This document shows, piece by piece, positions 25,578 through 33,720 of a stretch of DNA of 64,000 bases. Source of the DNA: Candidatus Dormiibacterota bacterium (GTDB lineage: Bacteria > Chloroflexota > Dormibacteria > CF-121); the NCBI GenBank assembly GCA_036390825.1, contig DASWBA010000116.1, positions 37,442-101,441 of the forward strand, in the 5' to 3' direction. The notes under the pieces are model-generated. The model saw nothing but the letters and a program-made list of their open reading frames with translations, made no database searches and was not told the origin of the DNA. The position numbers and the translations under genes are program-made. The number at the start of each line of letters is the position of its first letter. Position 1 is the first letter of the stretch.

Positions 25578-25841
25578 ATGAAAGCTTCTGTCGAGCCGCA
25601 ATGGGAACGTTACGGTCGGGCGCTGATCAGCTCGATGAGCGAGGTACTGGACGAAACCCCCGACCATATGCACTCGAACCTGCTCGAAACCGCCGACTAC
25701 TGGCTCTCGCTCGGCCTGGTGCTGGGACTCCGCGAGCCCGAAAAGGCGCAACAGTTGCTCCAGGTGATCGAAGCTTATGAAGCCGAGCGAGGCGAGCTTG
25801 CGCGAGACGCCAAAAGTCTCATCGGCCAGGTCTTCGAGTGA
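25578..25841 (+). CDS. hypothetical small acidic protein
   Basis: 87-aa ORF with non-repetitive helical composition. No motif recognised. Confidence 0.4.
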   Translation: MKASVEPQWERYGRALISSMSEVLDETPDHMHSNLLETADYWLSLGLVLGLREPEKAQQLLQVIEAYEAERGELARDAKSLIGQVFE

Positions 25842-26005
25842 GACGCCGCGGGCTGGTCTCGCAGATGTATGCGGCCGCCCGTCTGGCGAACGACGTCTCG
25901 ACGCTCGCCTCGGGTGATCCGCGCCGGATCGCGCGCCGCGCCAAGAACAAGATCGTTGGCCGGGCGCTCGGCCGCGCCGGCCTGTGGCGGATGCTCTGGC
26001 GCTGA
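25838..26005 (+). CDS. small highly basic protein (below the ORF-track length cut-off)
   Basis: GTG 25838 forms a GTGA overlap with the preceding stop. VRRRGLVSQMYAAARLANDVSTLASGDPRRIARRAKNKIVGRALGRAGLWRMLWR. It resembles short Arg/Lys-rich proteins I recall from actinobacterial genomes. Confidence 0.35.
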   Translation: MRRRGLVSQMYAAARLANDVSTLASGDPRRIARRAKNKIVGRALGRAGLWRMLWR

Positions 26006-26006
26006 G

Positions 26007-26594
26007 CTAAGGCCGCAACCACTGCGCGACGGCGGTCAGATCCCGGACGAAGGCGCGCATCTCGAGTTCGCGCGTTTCGTCGTCGGGCGCACGCAGGATC
26101 GAGGAAGGGTGAACGGTCGCCATCATCGTTGGTAGACCGGGCCACTCGATGAATTGCCCTCGCTGCCGGGTCACCCGAAAGTCGCGCCCGAGGAGCGCCT
26201 GGGCGGCGGTCGCTCCGAGCAGCACGAGGAACTCCGGCTTGACTACGGCGATCTCGCCGTCCAACCAGGGCCGGCAGGCATTGATCTCCGCGGCATTCGG
26301 TCTTTGATGCAGACGCCGCTTGCCCTGGGGCTTCCACTTGAAGTGCTTGACGGCGTTCGTGACGTACACCCCGCGTCGGTTGATGCCGGCCGCCTCCAAC
26401 GCATCATCCAATACGCGGCCGGCAGGTCCGACGAAGGGCTTGCCCTCCCGATCCTCGCGGTCGCCGGGCTGCTCCCCCACGAACATCACCCGCGCATGCT
26501 CGGCGCCTTCGCCGAAGACCGTCTGGGTGCTGTTCTTGTACAGATCGCAGGCCCGACAGCCGGCGGCCTGATCCCGCAGGCCGCCGAGCGTCAA
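26007..26594 (-). CDS. family 4-type uracil-DNA glycosylase of the UdgX subtype
   Basis: CRACDLY (Fe-S Cys), motif A VGEQPGDRED, KPFVGPAG, VTNAVKHFKWKPQGKRRLHQRP (KRRxH loop), motif B HPSSILRAP. The TTG start overlaps the HK stop (TTGA). Confidence 0.85.
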   Translation of the reverse strand: MTLGGLRDQAAGCRACDLYKNSTQTVFGEGAEHARVMFVGEQPGDREDREGKPFVGPAGRVLDDALEAAGINRRGVYVTNAVKHFKWKPQGKRRLHQRPNAAEINACRPWLDGEIAVVKPEFLVLLGATAAQALLGRDFRVTRQRGQFIEWPGLPTMMATVHPSSILRAPDDETRELEMRAFVRDLTAVAQWLRP

Positions 26595-27781
26595 CTGGTC
26601 CGCGGGCTGCTTCTGGCTTCGAGCGGGAGGCTTAATGTGAACTCGCTCCCCAGACCCGGTGTAGAGACGACGCTGATATCGCCGCCGTGCAGGCGGGCAA
26701 GTTCGCGCGCGAGGTAGAGCCCGAGCCCAGTGCCGGGCACGTCGGCCAGCTGGCCGAGACGGCTGAAGCGAACGAACAGCCGGCTCATTCCCTCGGCGGC
26801 GATCCCAATCCCCGTGTCGCTTACCTTCACCAGGGCAAGCCCGCCGTCGGTCGATAGTGCCGTGATGACATCACCTCCGCGTGGCGAGTACTTGATCGCG
26901 TTGTCGACCAGGTTGTTGACGACGATCTCAAGGCGCATCAGGTCACCCATCACCCAGAGCTCGCGACCGACGGTGTCGTCGAACCGAAGCCGGTGCTTTG
27001 GCGTGGCCGTTGTGCCCGCCATCTGCAGCGTCCGACGCACCAGCTCGCGCAGATCGATCCGCTTGCGCTCGAGCTGAAGGGGCCGATCCTCGAGCCGCGC
27101 CGCCTCCACCATCTCGTTGGCGAGCAGACTGATCTGACGCGCCTTCGCCTGCAGCACCGGCACCACGGGACGCAACTTCTGCGGGACCGGGCCGAGGGAC
27201 TCGTCTCCGATCATGGAGAGGTAGCCGGTCAGTGTCGCGGCCGGTCCGCGAAGCTCGTGAGACGCGAGGCGCAGGAACTCCGACTTCGCCTTTTCCAGCT
27301 CGGCGAGATGCTCGGCTTTCTGCCGCAGCCGGTCCGCTTCCTGTTGATGACGATGCCTTGCTTCCAGCTTCTCCCGCGACTGCTCGGCGAGGACCATAAC
27401 GTGGCTCATCGCACCGCCATCCAGGACCGGGTAGGCATCGATATTCCAGATCTGGTTGGTCGTGCCTCGGTCGCCCTCGGCCGAAAAGTAGCTTTGCGGC
27501 TCGCCACTGAAGCGGACCATCTGGAAGAGCTCCACGATGGCATCGTGCTCACCCCGATAGAAGATCTCATCCAGCCTAACTCCCTCCGCGGGGGTTCGTT
27601 CCAGACCGAGCACGTGGGCGAACTCGCGGTTCCCGTAGCGGAAGGTGAATTCATCGCCGCGGAGTTCGAAGAGCCCAATGCCGACCGGCAGCGCCTCGAG
27701 CACGTGCGGCAGCAGCTCGGCCGCCTGACGGTCGGGATAGGGGCGCTCAGGCGTCGGCGACGATGACCCTAGCTTGATCAT
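26591..27781 (-). CDS. PAS-domain sensor histidine kinase (cytoplasmic)
   Basis: A PAS-like N-terminal half, the H-box KSEFLRLASHELRGPAATLTGYLSMI, the N-box VNNLVDNAIKYS, and G-boxes DTGIGI and GTGLGLYLAREL. No TM segments. Confidence 0.85.
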   Translation of the reverse strand: MIKLGSSSPTPERPYPDRQAAELLPHVLEALPVGIGLFELRGDEFTFRYGNREFAHVLGLERTPAEGVRLDEIFYRGEHDAIVELFQMVRFSGEPQSYFSAEGDRGTTNQIWNIDAYPVLDGGAMSHVMVLAEQSREKLEARHRHQQEADRLRQKAEHLAELEKAKSEFLRLASHELRGPAATLTGYLSMIGDESLGPVPQKLRPVVPVLQAKARQISLLANEMVEAARLEDRPLQLERKRIDLRELVRRTLQMAGTTATPKHRLRFDDTVGRELWVMGDLMRLEIVVNNLVDNAIKYSPRGGDVITALSTDGGLALVKVSDTGIGIAAEGMSRLFVRFSRLGQLADVPGTGLGLYLARELARLHGGDISVVSTPGLGSEFTLSLPLEARSSPRTS

Positions 27782-27900
27782 GGATGTAAAAGGTGATATA
27801 TCGAATGGCTGTATTTAGTATAGCTCTACGCTCAATCGCATCACGCAACGCAAAAATGCACCGAAGCGGCGCAATACGAACGCCGGTACACTGTCGACAC

Positions 27901-28884
27901 ATGTCGGACCCTTCCACCCCAGTTCGGCTTGCACCGACCGCGGATGGCGGGCCGGTGGGGTCGGTCATGGTGATCGGGGGCGCAGAGGACAAACTCGGCG
28001 AGCGTGTCATCCTGTCTCGCTTCGTCGAGCTCGCCGGAGGCGACCAGGCGCAGATTGCCGTGATCAGCACCGCCTCCTCGCTGGGTGAGGCGGCGACCGA
28101 CCTCTACCGGCACATCTTCTCGAGGCTGGGGGTCTCGAAGGTGACCGGGCTTCGGCCCGAGACGCGCGAAGAGGCGAATGATCCGGCGACCGTCGACGCG
28201 CTCAAAGGCGTTACCGGGATCTTTATGACGGGCGGCAACCAGCTTCGCCTCTCGTCGGTAATCGGTGGCACCAAGCTCGGCAGTGCAATCCTCGAGGCGC
28301 ACGGCCGGGGGATCGTCGTGGCCGGAACCTCCGCGGGTGCCAGCGCCGTCGCCACCCACATGATGGCCTTCGGCAGCTCCGGCGCCACGCCAAAGAATCG
28401 CATGGCGCACGTTTCCGTCGGCCTCGGGTTGCTCGTCAACGTCGTCGTCGATCAGCACTTCGAGCAGCGGACGCGCCTCGGCCGCCTGCTCGCGGTGGTC
28501 GCGCAATCGCCCTCGCTGATCGGCCTCGGGCTCGACGAGGACACCGCGGCTGTCATCGACGCCCATGACATCCTCGAGGTCATCGGACGCGGCGCCGTGA
28601 CCATCGTCGACGGCTCCGATGTCATCACCGACGCTTTCCAGACCAGCGGCCACAAGCCGATCATGGTGTCCAACGCGCGGCTCCATTCGCTGCCCTCGGG
28701 CTACCAATTCGATCTGCGCGCGCGGCGCGTGCTCCCACGTGACAACGCTCGCAACGAGCGCATCGCCCAGCTGGCGCAGGGCCGCGTCGCCAAGATGGTG
28801 CGTCAAAGCGCCGCCGAGGGCGCCAACGATCGGGCGTTGGAGCGACGCCGCCGGCGCCAAGAGGAACGAAAGGCCTCAGAGTGA
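27901..28884 (+). CDS. cphB: cyanophycinase (peptidase S51)
   Basis: VMVIGGAEDK, IAVISTAS, GIFMTGGNQLRL, the nucleophile motif VVAGTSAGASA, and VVDQHFEQRTRLGRL. ATG 27901 was chosen because the track start at 27793 lies in an AT-rich promoter region. Confidence 0.9.
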   Translation: MSDPSTPVRLAPTADGGPVGSVMVIGGAEDKLGERVILSRFVELAGGDQAQIAVISTASSLGEAATDLYRHIFSRLGVSKVTGLRPETREEANDPATVDALKGVTGIFMTGGNQLRLSSVIGGTKLGSAILEAHGRGIVVAGTSAGASAVATHMMAFGSSGATPKNRMAHVSVGLGLLVNVVVDQHFEQRTRLGRLLAVVAQSPSLIGLGLDEDTAAVIDAHDILEVIGRGAVTIVDGSDVITDAFQTSGHKPIMVSNARLHSLPSGYQFDLRARRVLPRDNARNERIAQLAQGRVAKMVRQSAAEGANDRALERRRRRQEERKASE

Positions 28885-31646
28885 GCGACGCGCGCACGGA
28901 CACGCGAGTCGAGCGCGACGAGGACGCCAAGCACGAGCCTGTCGCCAACAAGCCGCCGGCCAAGCCCGAGCTGAAGATTCTCGAAAGCCAGGTGCTGCGT
29001 GGGCCCAACTTCTGGTCCTATGAGCCGACCATCCGCCTGCTCGTCGATCTTGGCTCGCTCGAGCACTGGCCATCGAACACGCTGCCGGCCTTCACCGACG
29101 CGCTGATCGACCTACTGCCCGGGTTGCACGATCACGGGTGCTCGCTCCACCGCCCCGGCGGATTCATCGAGCGGCTCCGCGAGGGCACCTGGATGGGTCA
29201 CGTGGCCGAGCACGTCGCCCTCGAACTCCAGCGGGAGACGGGCGCTACCACGACCCGCGGCAAGACGCGCCGCGCCGGAACCCCGGGCACCTACAACGTG
29301 GTGTACGGCTACAACGAGGAGCAGGTCGGGCTGGCTGCCGGCAAGCTCGCCGTCCGCCTGATCAACCACCTCGTCCAGGCCAATCCCACTTTCGACTTCG
29401 TCGGCGAGCTGGAGAGCCTGGTCCTGCTGGCCGACCGCGCCGCCTTTGGACCCTCGACGCAGGCCATCCTCGACGAAGCCGCGCGTCGCGACATTCCCTA
29501 CATCCGGCTCAACGAGCAGTCCTTCGTCCAGCTCGGCCAGGGCAAATATCAGCAGCGGATCCGCGCCACCATGACCTCACGCACCTCGGCGCTCGGCGTC
29601 GACATCGCCGGCGACAAGAAGCTGACGACGTCGTTGCTGGCCTCCGCCGGCCTGCCGGTGCCGAGGAGCGAGATGGTGCGCTCCGCCGACGAGGCGGTCG
29701 CCGCGGCCGTGCGCATCGGGTATCCGGTCGTCACCAAGCCACTGGACGGCAACCATGGGCGTGGCGTTGGACTCGACCTGCGCAACGAGGAGGATGTGCA
29801 GCGCGGTTTCGAACGCGCCCTTCGCCAGACACGCAGCGGGGTGGTCGTGGTAGAGAGCTTCATCCACGGCAACGACTACCGGGTGCTCGTTGTCGACGGT
29901 CACATGGTGGCAGTGGCGGAGCGCGTTCCCGCACACGTGGTCGGCGACGGCCAGCACACGGTCCTCGAACTGGTCGAGATCACCAACAAGGATCCACGGC
30001 GTGGCATCGGTCACGAAAAGGTCCTGACCCGCATCAAGGTCGACGAGGCGGCCGAAGAGCTCGTTACGAAACAGGGATTCGCCCTCGACCAGGTGCCGCC
30101 CAAGGATGCCGTGGTCAAGCTGGCGGCGACAGCCAACATGTCCACCGGCGGCATCTCGATCGATCGCACCTTCGAGGCGGACCACGACAACGTCGAGATC
30201 GCGGAGGAGGCCGCCCGTGTGGTCGGCCTGGACGTGGCGGGTATCGACTTCCTCACGCCGGACATCTCCCAGCCGGTGCGTGAAACGGGTGGCGCCATCG
30301 TCGAAGTCAATGCGGCGCCCGGATTCCGCATGCACACCAACCCGACCGAGGGCGAGCCGCAGTACGTCGCCAAGGCGGTGATCGACATGCTCTTCCCCCA
30401 GGGCACACCGGCGCGCATCCCCATCATTGCGGTCACCGGCTCCAACGGCAAGACGACGACCGCCCGCATGATCGCCCACATCGTGAAGGGGCTCGGGCAT
30501 AAGGTCGGGATGACGACCACCGATGGCATCTACATCGATGGCCGCCTGGTCAAGCAGTCGGACGCGAGCGGCCCGCGATCGGCGCGCATGGTGCTCCAGA
30601 ATCCCCGGGTCGACTTCGCCGTCTTCGAGGTGGCGCGCGGCGGCATCCTTCGCGAGGGCCTCGGCTACAGCGCCAACGACGTCGCCGTCGTGCTCAACGT
30701 GACCGGCGATCACCTCGGCTTGAAAGAGGTCCATTCGTTGCGCCAGCTGGCCGCGATCAAGCGGGTCGTGGTCGAGGCGGTTCCCCGCAGCGGCACCGCC
30801 GTCCTCAACGCGGACGACGAGCTGGTGGCCGAGATGCGCAGCCACTGCAGCGGCTCGGTCATCTTTTTTTCCATGCGCGACGACAATCCGCTCGTCGACC
30901 GCTGGGTACGGCGCGGCCGGAAGGCATTTGTCATCGAAACGCAGCCCGGAGGCGGCGAGATGATGGTGCTCCGCGAGGGGCGGCGCAGCACGCAGATCGC
31001 CTGGGTCCATCTGGTGCCGGCGACCTTCGAGGGTCGGGCCCGCGCCAACGTTCAGAACGCGCTGGCGGCGGCGGCCGCGGCCCACGCCGCCGGGGCCCAC
31101 CTCCACGACATCCGTCAGGGTTTGCGTAGCTTCCATCCGTCTTTCCACGAAGCCCCCGGCCGCCTCAACATGTTTGAGCTTCACGGGGTCAAGGTGATCG
31201 TCGATTACGCGCACAACCCCGCCGGCCTGCAAATGGCGGGTGACTTCGTCGAGCGGCTCACGGCTCCCGGCGTCAATGCACCAGGGCCAGAGCCTGGGCG
31301 CCGGATCGCCGTCATCGCCACGCCCGGCGATCGACGCGACGAGGACATGCGTGAGCTGGGTCGGGTCGCCGCCCGCATCTTCGACATCCTGATCGTTCGC
31401 GAGGACGCCAACCCGCGCGGCCGTCAGCGGGGCGACATCGCGCGCCACGTGATGGAGGGCGTCAAGGCGACCCCGGACAGCCGCGTGCAATCGGCCGAAA
31501 TCGTCATCGACGAGCGCCCCGCCATCGACGCGGCGCTGAGCCGGGCCCGGCCGGGCGACGTCGTCCTCCTCTGCGTCGACAAACCCGCCGATACCTGGCG
31601 GGACCTCGAGGCGCGCCGCGCCCTCCCGGTTTCGCCGGGGAACTAA
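28881..31646 (+). CDS. cphA: cyanophycin synthetase (N, ATP-grasp G and Mur-ligase M domains)
   Basis: 921 aa. N-domain: LKILESQVLRGPNFWSYEP. ATP-grasp: DKKLTTSLLASAGLPVP..VVTKPLDGNHGRGV..NDYRVLVV..EVNAAPGFRMH. M-domain: IAVTGSNGKTTT..DFAVFEVARGGILREG..VIVDYAHNPAG. GTGA overlap with the cphB stop. Confidence 0.95.
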   Translation: MSDARTDTRVERDEDAKHEPVANKPPAKPELKILESQVLRGPNFWSYEPTIRLLVDLGSLEHWPSNTLPAFTDALIDLLPGLHDHGCSLHRPGGFIERLREGTWMGHVAEHVALELQRETGATTTRGKTRRAGTPGTYNVVYGYNEEQVGLAAGKLAVRLINHLVQANPTFDFVGELESLVLLADRAAFGPSTQAILDEAARRDIPYIRLNEQSFVQLGQGKYQQRIRATMTSRTSALGVDIAGDKKLTTSLLASAGLPVPRSEMVRSADEAVAAAVRIGYPVVTKPLDGNHGRGVGLDLRNEEDVQRGFERALRQTRSGVVVVESFIHGNDYRVLVVDGHMVAVAERVPAHVVGDGQHTVLELVEITNKDPRRGIGHEKVLTRIKVDEAAEELVTKQGFALDQVPPKDAVVKLAATANMSTGGISIDRTFEADHDNVEIAEEAARVVGLDVAGIDFLTPDISQPVRETGGAIVEVNAAPGFRMHTNPTEGEPQYVAKAVIDMLFPQGTPARIPIIAVTGSNGKTTTARMIAHIVKGLGHKVGMTTTDGIYIDGRLVKQSDASGPRSARMVLQNPRVDFAVFEVARGGILREGLGYSANDVAVVLNVTGDHLGLKEVHSLRQLAAIKRVVVEAVPRSGTAVLNADDELVAEMRSHCSGSVIFFSMRDDNPLVDRWVRRGRKAFVIETQPGGGEMMVLREGRRSTQIAWVHLVPATFEGRARANVQNALAAAAAAHAAGAHLHDIRQGLRSFHPSFHEAPGRLNMFELHGVKVIVDYAHNPAGLQMAGDFVERLTAPGVNAPGPEPGRRIAVIATPGDRRDEDMRELGRVAARIFDILIVREDANPRGRQRGDIARHVMEGVKATPDSRVQSAEIVIDERPAIDAALSRARPGDVVLLCVDKPADTWRDLEARRALPVSPGN

Positions 31647-33325
31647 CGCCGAGCTCGCTGGACCAGTTCGCGTAGACGCGTCGGTCCCACGGCCGCCCCA
31701 CCGCGCGATCGCAACAGCTCGAAGATCTCGGAACGCTGAGCCAGGGCCGTGATGGCCACCACCTCCATGGGCGCCGACTCCTCGAGCATCCACGTCAGCG
31801 CCGCGACCTCGTTGGGAAAAACCGGCGCCGCCTCCTTGCCACCGTCTTCGAGGCCGGCCTGCAGCCGTTCGACGAGATCCTTCGGATCACGCCCGCGCAG
31901 ATAGCGGTGCAGTTCCGCGATGGCGGGCCGGTCGGCGCCCCGCGCGGCCGTGTAGGCGAGCCGGTGCAGGATGGCGTTGGTTCGATCTCCAGCGGTGCCG
32001 AACGCGAGGAAGATCCGGGCTGACCCGGATCGAAGACCCTGGCAGATCTCGACCAGGCCGCGCATGCCGTCCTCGTTGTGGGCGTAATCGATGACGACCA
32101 CCCGGCCGTCGAGCTCGAAGAGGTTGGCCCGGCCGGGGTTGCTGTCCGGGTCGAGCACGAACGACCGCAACCCTTGGGCGACCGCCTCTTCGGAGACGCC
32201 CGCTCCCAGGGCAGCGGCCGCCGCCGCCATCGCGTTGCGGAGGTAGGGGCTGGAGATGCCGGCCAGCGCCACCGGGATGTCCTCGAGGGGGATCAGATGG
32301 TGAACCTGCCGGCGTGACGACATCACCACCAGCATGCGATCGAGAACCGAGATGGCGCGCCCGCCCTCGGCCAGTGTGGTGCGGATCGCCGGATGGTCGG
32401 CATCGAGCGAGAACAGCCATGGACGTCCAGTCGCAAGACGCCGCATCGCCAGGACGCGAGGATCGTCGGCGTTGAGCACATCCCAACCGTCCGGGCGAGT
32501 GATCCGGGTGATGGTGCCCTTGACCTCCGCCAGCTGGTCGATGGTCCGGATCCCGTACTGGTCGAGGTGGTCCTCGGTCACGTTGGTCACCACCGCGACA
32601 TCGTTGTGATCGGTGCCGATGCCGCGCAGCAGGATGCCGCCGCGCGCGGTCTCGAGCACGGCGAAGTCGATCCCCGGCTGCGCCAGCGCCTTGGCCGCGC
32701 CGCTGAAACCTGAATAATCGCCCTCCTCGACCAGCTGCTGATCGCGATAGACCCCGTCGGTGGTGGTGTAGGCGACAGTGTGGCCGGCCGCCCGTGCCAG
32801 GTGCGCGATCAAGCGCACGGTCGTCGTCTTTCCGTTGGTGCCGGTCACCGCGATCACCGGGATCGTCGGGCTCAGCGTGGTCGGGGCAGCCCCAGGTGGC
32901 ACGGTCTCCAGGCGTTGCGCCGCCGCCGCGATTGCGCGATCCATCGACCGTCGCCCGTCGAGCCCGACGGTCAACAAGGGCGCCAGCTCGCGCGCGAAGG
33001 CCTCAGCGGCTCCCCGCCGGCGCCAGGGAAAGGCGATCACGATCTGCTCGGGTGCAGGGCCGGGTCTTCCGCGGACGGCGAGATGCGTGCCGCTGGCGTC
33101 GGCCAGGGTGCGCGTCAGGTGGACCGCGAAACGGGCAACGTAACGGCGCCGCTGGTCGCTCCCCGGCTGGCCGCCGGTCGCCGAGGGGGTAAAGGCGGTC
33201 CGCCGGGTCAGCTGCTCGACCCTGGCCTGGGGCAGTGCCAGCCACGGGGACACGTCGAGCGTGAGTTTGATCGCGGGGCGCGTGAAGTAGAGGTTGGGGC
33301 CGTCGAGCACGCGCAGCTCGACCAT
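31643..33325 (-). CDS. cyanophycin-synthetase-like protein with N-domain + Mur-ligase (M) domain only (no ATP-grasp domain)
   Basis: 560 aa. MVELRVLDGPNLYFTRPAIKLTLDV parallels the CphA N-terminus. At about residue 165 it passes directly to IPVIAVTGTNGKTTTVRLIAHL, then DFAVLETARGGILLRG, VVTNVTEDHLD, VVIDYAHNEDG and FGTAGDR. Its stop overlaps the cphA stop (CTAA). Confidence 0.85.
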   Translation of the reverse strand: MVELRVLDGPNLYFTRPAIKLTLDVSPWLALPQARVEQLTRRTAFTPSATGGQPGSDQRRRYVARFAVHLTRTLADASGTHLAVRGRPGPAPEQIVIAFPWRRRGAAEAFARELAPLLTVGLDGRRSMDRAIAAAAQRLETVPPGAAPTTLSPTIPVIAVTGTNGKTTTVRLIAHLARAAGHTVAYTTTDGVYRDQQLVEEGDYSGFSGAAKALAQPGIDFAVLETARGGILLRGIGTDHNDVAVVTNVTEDHLDQYGIRTIDQLAEVKGTITRITRPDGWDVLNADDPRVLAMRRLATGRPWLFSLDADHPAIRTTLAEGGRAISVLDRMLVVMSSRRQVHHLIPLEDIPVALAGISSPYLRNAMAAAAAALGAGVSEEAVAQGLRSFVLDPDSNPGRANLFELDGRVVVIDYAHNEDGMRGLVEICQGLRSGSARIFLAFGTAGDRTNAILHRLAYTAARGADRPAIAELHRYLRGRDPKDLVERLQAGLEDGGKEAAPVFPNEVAALTWMLEESAPMEVVAITALAQRSEIFELLRSRGGAAVGPTRLRELVQRARR

Positions 33326-33330
33326 GGCGG

Positions 33331-33720
33331 CTAGGGCTGGATCAGGTTCTTTCCAGCGTCCTCGAGGTGCTCGTGCGCTTCGGCCACGGTGTCGTGGAGG
33401 CGCTCGAGCAGGAGACGGTAGTCCGTCATCAACTGCCGGGTCCGCTCGCGCACCTCCCGGTATTCGGTGATCGGTGGCCGGGCCGTTTCCCCGAAGGGCT
33501 GGAGCATGGTGCCGAGCTCACGAGCTTTTCCCGCCATCACCCGCAGGATCATCGCCCGGAGTTCCGGAGAGACGCCCTCCATGATGTCCGCGTAGCCCTG
33601 CAACAAGGACAGGTGTCCACGAACCGTGAGCGCCATCGCCGCGGCCTCATCGTTGGCCCCCGCCTTACCACGCGCGGGAAACCGGATGATCTTTGGGGCC
33701 CGCTGCGGAAGCGCGCTCAT
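33331..33720 (-). CDS. small helical protein with DHp/H-box-like segment
   Basis: 129 aa. LTVRGHLSLLQGYADIMEG resembles a HisKA H-box helix, but no ATPase domain follows. ATGA overlap with the upstream wHTH gene, and it ends 5 nt before the N+M ligase gene. Confidence 0.5.
   Translation of the reverse strand: MSALPQRAPKIIRFPARGKAGANDEAAAMALTVRGHLSLLQGYADIMEGVSPELRAMILRVMAGKARELGTMLQPFGETARPPITEYREVRERTRQLMTDYRLLLERLHDTVAEAHEHLEDAGKNLIQP

Noticed and set aside
27841-28860. 339-aa minus-strand ORF opposite cphB
   Set aside because: It is antisense to the cyanophycinase frame carrying the GTSAGA catalytic motif, and no motif appears in the antisense product.
29577-31793. 738-aa minus-strand ORF covering most of cphA
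   Set aside because: It is antisense to a gene with unambiguous CphA motifs. The translation is Arg/Gly/Asp/His-rich low complexity with no recognisable motif. Long stop-free antisense frames are expected at this GC content.
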